NCBI GenBank assembly: GCA_019828565.1
Contig: JAHDYR010000019.1
Location: 179,984 to 243,983, forward strand
DNA length: 64,000 nucleotides
Reading direction: 5' to 3'
Origin: Carpediemonas membranifera BICM
Lineage: Eukaryota > Protista > Fornicata
Shown here: positions 30,539 through 42,867 of the stretch, in pieces
How positions within the stretch are numbered: the stretch's first letter is position 1
How the letters are laid out: every line of letters starts with the position of its first letter
Notes under the pieces: model-generated
What the model was told of the DNA's origin: nothing
What the model saw: only the letters and a program-made list of their open reading frames with translations
Databases searched by the model: none
Position numbers and translations under genes: made by a program

Positions 30539-30800
30539 GATCTGATTCTGCCTTGTCCAGCAGTGCATAGACTATCTGTGCTCTCTTCGGGCCAGACCCC
30601 TCCCAGCCAGACTTACCGAGGGCCCTTGTCACGATTCCAGCCCGATGCCTGTACAAGCCCTGAGAGGAGGTGAGCAGTGACGAATCTGCCTGGGCTGGGA
30701 TTGGGGACACCTCCCCTCCCTTGAACGCCATGAGCATGGCTCGACATCTTTACGAAGCCCGCCGTAAATCAATTAACCGCCGTATTTAATCTAAGTTGCC

Positions 30801-33800
30801 TCACTGCCCTCCCTCAACCTTCCTCAGGTTGACGAGATAATCAATAACAGAGCTCCGGAAGTCGGTGTCAGACGGGAACGCCTGGCTGGCGTCTGGGACA
30901 ACCGAATGCACGAACCGTCCGTGAGTCTGCTGGGTCAAGTTGTCGAACCAGCCGCTCAGCCCCGCGGTCATGAATGCCTGGATGAAGACCGGCCCCTGCA
31001 TGCCAGACGCGGGGTCGGTGAGGGCCTGGTGGTAGTCGGCGTCTGCGTGGACACGCGCGCACAGCGTCCGGAGGAGGTCTATGCACTCAACCTCGTTGTT
31101 CTGGTGCTGCAAATCAGTCAGAACCTGGAGAGTGGTCTTGAGAACCATCGCGAAGTACGACTGCAACCACTGGACCTTAAACTGCGGAGCCTGGTTCGAG
31201 ACGCGCTCGACGAGTAGTGCGAGAGATTTGATGGCGACCTCCGTGATAGCCGGTGTGCCGTGGATGGCGCACTGGGTGAGTGTGGCGACAGTGAAGAAGT
31301 GTCCGTCGGGTCTGATCGCCGAGGAGACAGTCACGGCGCCAGGGCAGTAGGTCGTGACGTCGCGGATGAGCTGGACGAGGGCCTCAGGGAATGCTGTGAG
31401 CCGAGGATCGGCGTTGAAGTCGACCCACCAGGTATCCTCGCCAACCTGACCTGCCGCGATGGCCTGTGCGAGCTGGGGGGCGGTGAGTGATGCGACAGAC
31501 TGGTCAGCGGCGACGAGGAACATCATGAGGGTTGACTGGACCATGCCTATAGTCCCGGCGTTGTCCGCCTGGCCAAACAGGCAGGCTGCGAGGTTATGTT
31601 GGACAGCTTCGCCAAGACACTCAGCGGTGGCCCCGAGGAGGGCGAGACATGAGGCCTCACGGGCAGCGGGCACGGGGGCGTCGATGTAGGCGCTGAAGAT
31701 GGACCAGAGGTGGGCGAGAAGCTGGGTCTGGATGAACGGCTTCTCGTCGGCGTGGGCGCTACGAACAAAGGCTGTGAGGACTCTCAGAGCAGCCTCCTTG
31801 AACGCACGCATCTTCCGGGCAATATCGTGATCGACTGCTCCCGGCCCATGTGCGGCGATGCCGCTGACGATGATCCGAGAGAAGTCGCCAAAGAGTCCGC
31901 CGTCTTGGCCACCCCCGATGAGGGCGCGGCATATAAACTCCATCTGGGGCTGGAACCCGCCGCGGATGGTCTCGGCGACGGCGACATTTGCCTTGAGGAC
32001 GTTGATGAGGCTGTTGATGAGCGGCTTGTGCTCGTTCATCTCCTGCAGCCCGGGTCCGTGCTGGGCGATCATCTTATGCAGCGTGTCCGCCCCGGCCCAT
32101 GTGTCGTTGCAGCCCTGGAGAACCTCCGCGATGGCGTCGACCCTGGGATATGCCCCTGGGTTGTCCGGGGAGACGATGGGGAGGGCCGCGAGGATCTTGC
32201 CGACCGCGCGGAAGAACGTAGGGATGTGCTGCGACTGAAGGCAGTTGACCATGTTGCACTTGTTCCTGTCAGGATCGATGTTATACGACTTCATCCTCGC
32301 CGCGAGCACGTGGGTGACAAAAGGTGGTTCCACCTCGCGTGTCTTGGGGTCATGGTGTTCGATGACGAACTCTCTGGCACAGTTGTCCGCGATGGTTAGG
32401 AATGTGTCGCACGCCATCTCCGGAACGCCGTCGTGGCGCTCAGACATGAAGTAAAAAAGCTTGTTTGTCACAGTCTTCAGGAATGACCAGTGCGAACGAA
32501 GGAACGTGGGGTATTGTGAGCAGACGTACATAATGTCCGCGGCCAGGACCGCCTTGTACTCGGAGCGCATGCCCGGCCGGTTGACGAGGCCGAGCAGTAC
32601 TGTGAGCACTTTAAGGACAAAGTCCCGCTCGCCCACCTGACGGCCGCCGTTGAATGCACGGTTGCCGAGGACGCCGGCGGCCCAAGAGACGGCGTTGACC
32701 TCGTCCATGGTGAACTGCGGCGCCCCATTGACAATATGGCCGCGGTTCTTGAGGTCGTTAAGGTGGTCGAGGATGACGCTCGTCGTCGCCCCAGTATCGA
32801 TCCGACAGAGGTCAATGAGCGCCGCCCGCATCGACTCGTGGAGCGACACACTCTCGACGTCCGGCATCTCTTCCCGTACGATAGCCCCGGTGTCGTCCTG
32901 GGTGACGATGACCTCGCGCGGCTTCCGCATGTTCCGCACCAGGATCCTACGGAGGTGGGCGAGGATCGAGCTCTCGCCCTGGCCCTGGATGTCGTATAGG
33001 GTCTTCAGTGCGTGAGGGGAGCCGGGGGCGTAGCCTGGGGTCGCCCCGATAGAGCCCTGGACACCGTGGACGAACGTCTGCCAGAAGTCGACTGTCATCT
33101 TGAACAGGACCTCATCTGCCTCAGTGGCGGGGTCCGTGAAGACGATGATGTGGCGCAGCATGGCGGTCCAGACGTCGCTCACGGTGGCTTGGTTGCCCGA
33201 CCACTCAACGGGGCTGTCCAGATTCCTCTCGACAATGTCGGGGTATGCTGTGGCAGCCGCACAGAAGAAGTAGATGAAGGCGTGGACCTCCTCCTCATCG
33301 GGGGTACTGCCCTCGAGAATGGCACGGAATAGTTCCTCTCCGAGCCACATGAGGCCCAATGCTGTTTGAACATACCCGTCTTGTCTGATGGTCGTGCGAC
33401 ACTTCTCAAACATGATCGTGACAGATTTGATCACATCATTTCGGGCTGCGGCGAAGTTGTTCGGGTCTCGGAGGACGGCTACGATGCGCTGGACAAAGAG
33501 CTGGTTGAGTGCCAGGTCGGTGTCGATGATGGCGATGGAGCCGAGGAGACGGAAGGCTGTGGGTGCGAACTCAGGCCGGAATGACCCGGCGAGGATAGCG
33601 AAGCCAAATGTCTGGGAGTTGCTGGCGATGACGCCTTTGATCCATTCAGCCTGCTCGCGGCGGATAATCTTTGACCTCGTGTCGAATGCAAGGTCGAGGA
33701 GCTGGCTGATGAACGACATGACGCGTACCGAGAAGACCCACTTGGTCGGGTCAGCCTCAGGCATGGTCTGGGCGTCCTGGGCGAGCACGAGGTTGCTGGG

Positions 33801-34334
33801 GTCGAGGAAGGTGGCAATGAGGGGCGTCTCAGCATCAGTGTCCTGGCCCATGATGTCGACGAGCAGCTTGTCGAGCTTGTTCAGGATCATCTTCGTCATG
33901 GGCTCCGTCCGTCGAGGCCAGAGTTCCATCGTATCGCCGATGAGCTGCAGCGCATAGCTGCGGACTTGAGCCTTGTCGTCATTGGACAAACCCGACCACT
34001 GCTGCGTGATGACGGCGTCAAAGATCGACAGGGCGTTGAAGAAGGCGTGGGACTGGGTACAGTGCTCGAACACGGCGGGGACAAACATCCAGGACCGGGC
34101 GTCAGAATGGATACGGTTGAGCACAACATGAGCTACCGAAAAGGAAAACTGTGTGAGATTGAAGGTGAAGAAGTGACAAACATCTACGGTGGATGGAAGT
34201 CCATTGGCCGCGAGAGAAACTTGTTCAAATAACGAGGCCCAATTCTGGCGTCCCGTGCCGTCAGAGACGTCACAGTTAGCAAAAAATGTCATCACCTCGC
34301 TAACTTGGTTGTTTTCCGCCTGGGAAAGCTCCAT
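30801..34334 (-). CDS. XPO1: Exportin-1 (CRM1)
   Basis: MRKPREVIVTQDDTGAIVRE acidic loop, IMYVCSQYPTFLRSHWSFLKTVTNKLFYFMSERHDGVPEMACDTF. Confidence 0.93.
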   Translation of the reverse strand: MELSQAENNQVSEVMTFFANCDVSDGTGRQNWASLFEQVSLAANGLPSTVDVCHFFTFNLTQFSFSVAHVVLNRIHSDARSWMFVPAVFEHCTQSHAFFNALSIFDAVITQQWSGLSNDDKAQVRSYALQLIGDTMELWPRRTEPMTKMILNKLDKLLVDIMGQDTDAETPLIATFLDPSNLVLAQDAQTMPEADPTKWVFSVRVMSFISQLLDLAFDTRSKIIRREQAEWIKGVIASNSQTFGFAILAGSFRPEFAPTAFRLLGSIAIIDTDLALNQLFVQRIVAVLRDPNNFAAARNDVIKSVTIMFEKCRTTIRQDGYVQTALGLMWLGEELFRAILEGSTPDEEEVHAFIYFFCAAATAYPDIVERNLDSPVEWSGNQATVSDVWTAMLRHIIVFTDPATEADEVLFKMTVDFWQTFVHGVQGSIGATPGYAPGSPHALKTLYDIQGQGESSILAHLRRILVRNMRKPREVIVTQDDTGAIVREEMPDVESVSLHESMRAALIDLCRIDTGATTSVILDHLNDLKNRGHIVNGAPQFTMDEVNAVSWAAGVLGNRAFNGGRQVGERDFVLKVLTVLLGLVNRPGMRSEYKAVLAADIMYVCSQYPTFLRSHWSFLKTVTNKLFYFMSERHDGVPEMACDTFLTIADNCAREFVIEHHDPKTREVEPPFVTHVLAARMKSYNIDPDRNKCNMVNCLQSQHIPTFFRAVGKILAALPIVSPDNPGAYPRVDAIAEVLQGCNDTWAGADTLHKMIAQHGPGLQEMNEHKPLINSLINVLKANVAVAETIRGGFQPQMEFICRALIGGGQDGGLFGDFSRIIVSGIAAHGPGAVDHDIARKMRAFKEAALRVLTAFVRSAHADEKPFIQTQLLAHLWSIFSAYIDAPVPAAREASCLALLGATAECLGEAVQHNLAACLFGQADNAGTIGMVQSTLMMFLVAADQSVASLTAPQLAQAIAAGQVGEDTWWVDFNADPRLTAFPEALVQLIRDVTTYCPGAVTVSSAIRPDGHFFTVATLTQCAIHGTPAITEVAIKSLALLVERVSNQAPQFKVQWLQSYFAMVLKTTLQVLTDLQHQNNEVECIDLLRTLCARVHADADYHQALTDPASGMQGPVFIQAFMTAGLSGWFDNLTQQTHGRFVHSVVPDASQAFPSDTDFRSSVIDYLVNLRKVEGGQ

Positions 34335-34506
34335 TCCTCGTCACGTCGCTGATGTGGCAAAAACTGCACTCCCGATAAATCGAGTCCTCGGCCACTCGAT
34401 TGATGCTTATCCAGCCCATGGCGACTAGCACAGCTGCTGGTAGCGGCAAGCCGCAGCGGGTTCAGTCCAGACTAATCTGCACTGCTGGACGAAGACGTTG
34501 TTCATC

Positions 34507-36052
34507 ATGGACGACCGGAATGTTCGGTTCGTTCCCACAATCTATTTCATAACATAGAAGAGGTTTTCAGAACAATTTTCAGCGGAAGAGCATCAAGCAG
34601 AGCGTGAATGACCTTCGGAAGAAGAAACGCGAGGAGATGCTCGAATCGTCCCGAGCAGATCCGTCTACGGAGCCACCGATTAAGACTATCGACGTTGAGC
34701 TCCCCGACGTGATCAACGAGGACGTCATCATGTCGTATGCCGATAAGCTCCTCCTGCCCGACCCGGACGAGACGCTTGTGGGCCTTGTAGCCGTCAGAAA
34801 GCTCATCTCCCGACGCAAGAACGCGACTGTGAACGTGTACGAGGTTCTTGTGCGCCGCGACGTCATCTCGCGCGTGTCGCCCTTCGCCAACTGCGACTCT
34901 GAGAAGCACGCCCACGAGGCCTGCTGGATCCTCACAAACATTGCCAGCAGGGAGAGCGCCGTCGCGCTGACTGTGGTGAAGGCCGGCGCCGTGCCCCGCT
35001 TGATCCAGACCATCCACAAGACCAAGAATCTCCAGCTCGCGGAGCAGGCCATCTGGGCCCTAGCAAACATAGCTGGGGAGGGGACGCAGTACCGCTCGAA
35101 CATCATCCGCATGGGCATCGTAGAGTCTATGACGTCCGTCCTCGGGCGGCAGATGGACCGAAAACACGTCCGTAACATCACCTGGGCGGTATCGAACATC
35201 GCACGGACGCCCCTACAGGATCCCAAGGACATCAAGGAGCTGACCAAGCTGGTGCCCCTCTGCGCGAACGTCTTCAGATCCGTGCAGGTCGACCCCACCA
35301 AGCAGCTGGTCACGGTCGAGCTGGACATCCTGGTGGACATCATCTTCTTCTTCTCGTTCGTGGCAGACGGCGACGATGACGACATTACAGTTATCGTCAA
35401 GGAGAACCTGACGCCCATGATCGTCAGCTACATGGCCATCCCATATGCCCGACTCAACTCCGCTTGCCTCAGATGTCTCGGGAACCTCATGTCCTCCCAC
35501 GACAAGACTATCGGTGACTACCTGGTCTCCTGCGGCGTCGTCCCCGGCATGCTCCGGCTGTTCCAGTCGGCCCTGCCCTCTGTCCGCAGGGAAGTGGCCT
35601 GGGCGATGTCCAACATCGTGGCGGGAAGCCAGGACCACTTGAAGGTGTTTGTGGACCATAACGCCGTCCCCATCGTGCTGCGGACCATGGAGCACGACGT
35701 CCCCGAGGTCGCCACCGAGTGCTCTTGGATCGTCATGAACTATGCCTCTGCTTGCAACGACGAGCAGATGCAGCATCTCCTCGACTGTGGCGCCCTCGAG
35801 ACTCTGTTCCGAGTCCTGAAGTCGATCACCAACTACAAGACCAAGTCCCTCATCCTCGATGCCGTCTCCCGACTTCTTACCAAGAGGCCGGACGCCACGT
35901 CCATCGTCGAGTCCGTTGGCGGTGTCCAGCTGCTCTCGTCGCTCATGTACAACCAGTACGCGTCCGTGAGCAACACGGCCCAGACACTCCTCCAGGAGCA
36001 CTTTAGCGACGACGTCGGGGACCTCGGCGAGCTGGGCGGGTTCGACTTCTGA
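34507..36052 (+). CDS. Importin alpha (intron 34527-34557)
   Basis: IBB-like LRKKKREEML, ARM repeats EACWILTNIAS, EQAIWALANIAGE, EVAWAMSNIVAG. Confidence 0.92.
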
Positions 36053-36537
36053 GGCTGGTCTCCTCTGCTATAAATAGTACCGGTTAGACTATGACGCGAC
36101 TCCATCGTGCGACTATGCGGGCTCCTGGGGCGGTGCAACTGAGAGCTGACTGAAGCCCAGGCCTACCACAGACGGGGGGCAATAGCAAAGCGCTTCAGAT
36201 ACACCTGGGAATCTGCGAAGGCAGGTGGGAACCAGTTCTTGACTGTCAGCGTTTCCGAGCGTGCGTTGAGGCTGGTTCATTGTCTTGATTTGCCAGATTT
36301 GCTCACTTATTATCCAGTATGGGTTCTTGACAACAGGGATCTCTCGAGAGCTTATTCTTTCATGAATGATGAGAAATTGAGGATAATTATCTCTGTTATG
36401 CTCGTTGTATGCCAGGCTCCTTCACTCCTTGCTGACTAACCGTGCTGCTGTAGCACATGTCGACACGAGGGTTACTTACCTTTGCCAACGAACCTTAGTA
36501 TGTTTAGAACCACATTAACAACACAATGAGTCTATCA

Positions 36538-37242
36538 ATGAGTCTATCTAAGGACGATCTTATGGAGCTCCCCCGCGACTTGTCCGAGCTTCCCCCTTTC
36601 GAGAAGGAGGGCAAGACGGCTGTTCGCTGCATCCTCCCACCACACGGGAAGATGATCGCGATCAAGGACGCGATGCTGACATACCTCCCCGCAGGCCAAG
36701 TGTCGTTCAAGCACAAGGGCCGTGGCACGAAGAACCGCATCCAGAGCCTGTTCACAGCGGAGGCGTTCGTTCCGCTGATGACTGTCGAGAACAAGTCCGA
36801 GCTAGAGCACGCCGCAGTGTATTTCTCCCGGGGCCGCAAGGTAGTGATGCTTGACCTTCATGGCACGATCATCGTCGACGCCAACTCGATCTTGTGCTTT
36901 CCCCCGTCAATTCACCACGAGATCCGTGTGATGAAGAGCGTCGGATCGATCTTTAGGTCCGGCCTCTTCCAACTGTGTCTTAAAGGAGACGGCCCAGTCG
37001 CCCTCGTTGCCCCCACTGCGCCGATTAGCCTTAAAGTGCACAATGACCGCCCAGTGCGTGTTGATGCCGGGTGTGCCTTGGCCTGGAGTGATGGTCTCGA
37101 AGTTGACTTCAAGTTTGACTTTCACAGGAAGGATCTCATTGGCAAGGGGTCAGGCGAGCAGGTCCAGCTGGAGTTCAGCGGGGAGGGCTACGTTATTGTG
37201 GCGGCCCGGAGCAAGGCGCGGTCCATTGGTGTCCGCAGGTGA
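36538..37242 (+). CDS. AIM24-family protein
   Basis: GLFQLCLKGDGPVAL, VRVDAGCALAW, GSGEQVQLEFSGEGYVIV. Confidence 0.85.
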   Translation: MSLSKDDLMELPRDLSELPPFEKEGKTAVRCILPPHGKMIAIKDAMLTYLPAGQVSFKHKGRGTKNRIQSLFTAEAFVPLMTVENKSELEHAAVYFSRGRKVVMLDLHGTIIVDANSILCFPPSIHHEIRVMKSVGSIFRSGLFQLCLKGDGPVALVAPTAPISLKVHNDRPVRVDAGCALAWSDGLEVDFKFDFHRKDLIGKGSGEQVQLEFSGEGYVIVAARSKARSIGVRR

Positions 37243-37450
37243 GGGGGAACATAAAGAAACGTGCGGTGTAGGGCCGGGGTTCGTGCTGAGTAGCAGTGCT
37301 GGGGCAAGAGGGTGCATTGCGGTCACCGGCTGACTTGCCGTGGACCCGACTGTGGTCGACTCCTGGACATGCGTCCGAACCAACTGAACCGATGAAGCGC
37401 ACTCTCATGCCTTCATATGTGCGTAGAAATGGAACACAGTTACACAGGAT

Positions 37451-37825
37451 ATGACGCATGTCCACACTACCGCTCAGCGGGAGATCATTCCTGAAGATCA
37501 GCTGCCTATAATCCCTCTCGCTGAAGTGCGCCAGCATAACGATAGAAAGGACGCCTGGATTGTCATCAACGGCGATGTATTCGACGTAACGACGTACGCG
37601 CGCTCTCATCCTGGCGGGATGTCGATCTTCGGCAGTCTGCACCAGGTGGATTCCACCCCATGCTTCGCCCTCCACCACCGCTCCCAGCGGGCATTTGATA
37701 GGGCTAAGAGCCTCAGGATCGGCCGGCTGTCTCCCGAGGACTACCAGCAATTGAAAGACGACGTCGAGGCAGAGCGGGTGGCCGAGAACGAACGCATCAT
37801 GAAGAGGTTTGGCGGACAGCAGTAA
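37451..37825 (+). CDS. Soluble cytochrome b5-like heme-binding protein
   Basis: EVRQHN..DAWIVINGDVFDVT...HPGG...F..HH...IGRL; no TM anchor. Confidence 0.9.
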   Translation: MTHVHTTAQREIIPEDQLPIIPLAEVRQHNDRKDAWIVINGDVFDVTTYARSHPGGMSIFGSLHQVDSTPCFALHHRSQRAFDRAKSLRIGRLSPEDYQQLKDDVEAERVAENERIMKRFGGQQ

Positions 37826-37923
37826 AGGGCGGGTAGAGACTGGTTATGGTGAGCATTCAGGGGTCTGTCATTGTCGGCTGGGCGGGCGGGTTCGACTGAT
37901 CCAACCACAACGGAGCCAGTTGA

Positions 37924-38680
37924 ATGGATGAAAGGCACGACAGCCAGAGGATACTACGGTTCTCCAATAACCTTGACAGCCTCACAGAGACTATGGCAGT
38001 TCGTATAGGTCCTCTTTCTCACGCAGTCCACCAAAAAGCAGACGGTGATCCGGTATGAGAACACGCTGGCCTCGCTGCAGGAGAAATTCGCCGAAATGGA
38101 GAACACACGTCGCAGCGGCACCATCGAAGAGCAGTTGCGGGCGATTACGGCGACATTTTCGGAGACGAAGCTCGAGAACGAAACGTCTGTCGCGATGTTC
38201 ACCCAGACCACGCGCCAGCTCGACTCCAGATTGCGGCAGACACTGAACTCGATGGGCAAGGAGCGCGACGAGGGCCGATGCCGTATGGAGAAGGCGCTAG
38301 ACGGGAGGATCGGCCTCGTCGAGGACACCCGCCGCAAATTCAGCCCAGCGCAGTCGTTCACAAACAAGACCCTGCTCACAGACCTGGACAGACTGGCAAA
38401 GGAGTGCGAGGCGCTCGTCAGCGGGGGGAGGCGGGCAGATCATGCCTTCGAGGAGACCATCGCCCGTGACATCACTGAGCTGCGGGCTGGGATGAAGCGA
38501 TCCCTCGCAGTTGCCCAGAGGCGGCGGAATGAGATGCGTTCGAAGTTTGAGGCCGTGGTGGCGGGGCTGGACGAGGCTATGGCGAGGGAGGCGTCCGACA
38601 GGCGAGAGAGCGAGCACACCCTGTGCGGTCTGGTCGAGTCCGCGTGCTACAGGGTCAGCAGAGCGAAGGCACTGTCCTGA
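37924..38680 (+). CDS. SF-assemblin/beta-giardin-like coiled-coil protein (intron 37999-38026)
   Basis: All-helical ~240 aa; C-terminal EASDRRESEHTLCGLVESAC; 28-nt GTTCGT...CTCACGCAG intron. Confidence 0.6.
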
Positions 38681-38760
38681 GTGAGCCTGTTGTTGTACTT
38701 TAAGGTTGGCATAAAAGTTGACGATCATTTTTCGAGCATCCAACGAAGCGATCGGCCGAA

Positions 38761-40566
38761 ATGCTTCGCCACCGGCCATTGGCCCCAAATCCTTATAACG
38801 CCGACTTTATACGGGAGCCATTAGGTCCCATAGTTAGCGAAGAAGTCATCCAGCGACATCTTTTGGCCGATGTGGAACGGAAGAGCCGCTCCACGATGAA
38901 CACGCTCGTGTACGACGTTGACGAGGCAAATCCCCGTGTTAGAAACCAAACGATGCCCCATGATCGCGTCCATACGGTTGAAGACCTTGTTCCGTGGTGG
39001 ATTTCGACTGGCGATGATGACGACACGCTGTTGTTCGAAAGCAGGTTCGAGAGCGGTAACCTGGGCCAGGCGTTCCGGGTTGCAGACAACGAGTACAACC
39101 TCTACCTGCACGCGGATACGAACACGAAGGGCCACACCCAATGGTACTACTTCAGCGTGAAGAACACCAAGAGAGATGCCACCGTCAAGTTCAACATCGT
39201 CAACCTCGCCAAACCCGACTCCCTCTATAACTACGGCATGCGTCCCCTGGTCCTGAGCAAGCAGCAGATGGACGGTGCGAACATTGGCTGGCGTAGGGCG
39301 TGTAGAAACGTGTGCTACTTCGCCAACGGGGTCCGCCGCCGCGGTTCGTCTAGCTACTACACGCTGACCTTCACATACGACTTCAAGAGTGACGGCGACA
39401 CCGTCTACTTCGCCCATTGCTACCCGTACACCAGAACAGACCTGACATACTATCTCGACCGCCTGGAGCTCAACCCTCGGATCAGACAGCATATACGCCG
39501 CAGGGCGCTGTGCCGTACGATCAGTGGCGACGTGTGCGAGACAGTTACCATCTCCTCCTTCACGAATGACCCGGACGCCCTGAGAAAGAGACGGGGCCTG
39601 GTCATCTCAGCCAGAGTGCACCCGGGGGAGACGCAGTCGAGCTGGATGATGAAGGGGGTCCTCGATTACCTCACGGCCGACACGCCCGATGCCCGCTTGC
39701 TGCGAGACAACTTCGTGTTCAAAATTATTCCCATGATGAACCCCGACGGCGTCGTCCTGGGGAACTACAGATGCAACCTTGCCGGCAACGACCTCAACAG
39801 ACAGTGGATGCGGCCTGACGAGCGGCTTCATCCCACAGTTTTTAACCTGAAGGCGGCGATTGAGCGGTTCACTGAAGCTCGAGACGTAATCCTCTTCTGC
39901 GACCTCCACGGACACTCAAGGAAGAAGAACATCTTCATGTACGGCTGCAACAACAGCGGGAACCCGGACCTGCGCCTCAAGGAACGAATCTTCCCCAAGT
40001 TGCTCAACGCTAACGCACCAAGCTTCTCGTTTGAAGACTGCTCGTTCAAAGTGCAGAAGTCGAAGGACTCCACGGCCAGAGTTGTCGTCTGGCGGGCCCT
40101 CCGTGTGATGAACTCCTTCACAATGGAGGCCTCGTTCTGCGGCCCGAGCTACGGCAGAGATGACGGCTTCCACTTCTGCCAGCGGACGTTCGAGGAGATG
40201 GGCAGCGTGCTGTGTGAGAGCATCCTGGACTATTGTGACCCAGATACTACACGAGTGGACGCGATTCACCAGGAACTGAGCCTGCAGTACCCCGTTGAGC
40301 CTGACGACGTGATGATGGAGGATAGCGAGGACAGCGACGACGGGGATGCGAAGGAGGGTAAGAAGAAGAAGGAAAAGGTCGGGAAGAAGGGGAAAAGCAA
40401 GAAGGGCAAGAAGAAACGGAAGATCGCGAGGACTTTCAGTGATATGGGGGCAGACGATACCAAAGAGGCCGTTGAAGTTCGGCCTCGATCGCTGTCTGCG
40501 GCTACAACCAGGGAGAGACCCAGTCGACTCAAGACGGGGCCGAGGAAGGGGAAGAAGCGGGGGTAG
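38761..40566 (+). CDS. Cytosolic carboxypeptidase (CCP/AGBL tubulin deglutamylase, M14)
   Basis: FESRFESGNL, QWYYF, AHCYPYT, ARVHPGE, MNPDGV..GNYRC...DLNR, DLHGHS. Confidence 0.95.
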   Translation: MLRHRPLAPNPYNADFIREPLGPIVSEEVIQRHLLADVERKSRSTMNTLVYDVDEANPRVRNQTMPHDRVHTVEDLVPWWISTGDDDDTLLFESRFESGNLGQAFRVADNEYNLYLHADTNTKGHTQWYYFSVKNTKRDATVKFNIVNLAKPDSLYNYGMRPLVLSKQQMDGANIGWRRACRNVCYFANGVRRRGSSSYYTLTFTYDFKSDGDTVYFAHCYPYTRTDLTYYLDRLELNPRIRQHIRRRALCRTISGDVCETVTISSFTNDPDALRKRRGLVISARVHPGETQSSWMMKGVLDYLTADTPDARLLRDNFVFKIIPMMNPDGVVLGNYRCNLAGNDLNRQWMRPDERLHPTVFNLKAAIERFTEARDVILFCDLHGHSRKKNIFMYGCNNSGNPDLRLKERIFPKLLNANAPSFSFEDCSFKVQKSKDSTARVVVWRALRVMNSFTMEASFCGPSYGRDDGFHFCQRTFEEMGSVLCESILDYCDPDTTRVDAIHQELSLQYPVEPDDVMMEDSEDSDDGDAKEGKKKKEKVGKKGKSKKGKKKRKIARTFSDMGADDTKEAVEVRPRSLSAATTRERPSRLKTGPRKGKKRG

Positions 40567-40811
40567 CGTGCCAACAATAGAATAGTTTATGCTTGGAATC
40601 TGAGAGAATTAAAACTTATGCCGGAGGAAGGGGAGGTGTTGTTCATAAGAATGGCACCACAACTTGACTGGGTCCAATGGAGTGCCGGCCAAGCTTCCCG
40701 GTCGGGCACGCTTGATCAGCGGGGTAGTTACGTGCGTAGAACCTGTTGGCAGCGTCGGATATACATGATTACGTAAATGCGCAGTTTTGCGAGAGAGCGG
40801 ACGAGAGCCAC

Positions 40812-41255
40812 ATGGAGAACGAGAACGGCAGGAAAATAATCCTGACCATTCGGCTTATACGCTCATTGGCGCATAGAAACATCCGTCTTCTTGTCCTTCG
40901 TCAAGTACCCCAGGACATCACTGTTTCAGCTCTCTTCGACTTGATCTTCGCCAGTTTGTCCCCTCCTGAATGATATACGTCTTACACAGCCATTTCCTTG
41001 GACCCTAAGTTCAAGATCTTCGCTGCCATGAAGCCTAAGGCCGACACCCTCAAGATCTACTCCCGGCCGCAGTCCCACAAGACGCAGAACCTCGCCATCA
41101 ACATCGGCGACGACGAGGAGCTCGTTCTCGACTCCTCCAAGAAGCTCAGCGACTACAAGATCGGGTCTGAGACCGAGCTCTCGCTCTTCCTCTGGTCCGA
41201 GTACGAGGAGTTCTGCCGCAACCCAGACGCCCAGCGCGCGTCGTTTGGACACTGA
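40812..41255 (+). CDS. UPF0538 (C2orf76-like) protein (intron 40954-40989)
   Basis: LTIRLIRSLAHRNIR, DTLKIY...KTQNLAINIGDDE, ETELSLF...YEEF. Confidence 0.85.
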
Positions 41256-41704
41256 ATAGGGCCGTAGGCATCTGTTTGGAGTTGTTCGAGTAAAGTGCCC
41301 TGTAGGATTGAACCCATGCCTGGCGTTACCTTCCTTCCTTGCAGCGGACGGACATGTCCTGACAAGCAGTGCATCTTGCATTCGTATCTTACTAGTGATG
41401 CCCGAGCACACTGGAAGAGAACGTTTGGAGTCGGCCCGTTGCTCGATTTCGGATGGTTGGCCCATCTTTGCTCTTTAAACAATCAACGTTGCTTTCATGG
41501 CAATCAGCTCGGGACAGCCACTAATGAGGCGAGGGCTCGCATCAGGTGTCGAGGGGACAGTGGGGATTAGACCTCGACCTGGATCGTGTGATGTTCTTCT
41601 GCGCTAATCTGCACCACGCTAGTTCTTCCTCGGTTGGGTCAGCGGGCCGACTCCACACGCCACAACAATAGTACCAGAAGCCTCATATTTACAATACCGC
41701 ACCT

Positions 41705-42834
41705 TTAGGCCTTCTGGCCATACATACTCTCGCCGATCTTGGCGGCGGCAACTCTAAGGGCTTCCTTCGCGTCGAAAAGCTCATCGTAGCTGCAGTCCGG
41801 CTTGCCCATGAGGCCGCGGACCTTGGCAATCATGTCTCGCAGGTCGGAAACGAGGCCCGTGGGGATGCGGGCGGCGTGCTCTTCCAGCGAGCCCTCAGTC
41901 GAGTATACGAGGTTGTCACTGACATTCTTGAGCTCGAGAAGCTCCGTGGCGAGCTTGTCCTCCTCCCGCGAAGCCTCGGCCTCCTCCACCATGCGTGCGA
42001 CCTCCTCCTCGCTGAGCCCGCCGCTCGTCTGAACAGTGATGTCCTGCTTCTTGTTGGTCGCCTTGTCGAGCGCAGAGACCGTCACAATACCGTTGGCGTC
42101 AATGTCGAATGACACTTCGATCTGGGGCACACCTCTCGGGGCTGGAGGAACACCCGTCAGCTCAAACTCGCCGAGCATCTTGTTGTGCTCAGCGATGTCC
42201 CGCTCGCCCTGGAACACCCTGATGTTGACGGCGGTCTGGTTATCCACAGCCGTGCTGAACATCTGGGCGCGCTTCGTGGGGATGGTGGTGTTGCGGGGGA
42301 TGAGGCGGGTGAACACGCCGCCCCTGGTCTCGAGCCCGAGGGAGAGCGGGGTGACGTCGAGCAGGACGACGGATGACACGTCGCCCTTGAGGATGCCGCC
42401 CTGGATGGCTGCGCCAAGGGCCACGACCTCGTCCGGGTCGACGCTGGTGTTGGCGGCCTTGCCGAAGAGCTTCTCGACGCGCTGCTGGACCAGGGGCATG
42501 CGCGTCATACCGCCCACGAGGATCACCTCGTCGACGTCGGCGGGGGTCAGGCCGGCGTCCTTGAGGGCGGCCTTGCAGGGGCCCTCCGTCTGGGTGACGA
42601 GGCCGCCGACCATGCGCTCGAACTGGGGGCGGGTAAGACGGCGCTCGAAGTGGACGACGTCGCCGGCCTTGTTCTGGGCGAGGAAGGGGAGCTGGATGTC
42701 GACCTCCTCCATGACGGACAGGTCGATCTTGGCCTTCTCGGCCATCTCCTTGAGCCGCTGCATCGCCTGGATCTCGCCGCTGACGTCAAGCTTGTGCTCC
42801 TTCTTGATCTCGGTGAGCATCCAATTCACGAGCA

Positions 42835-42867
<33 letters not shown>

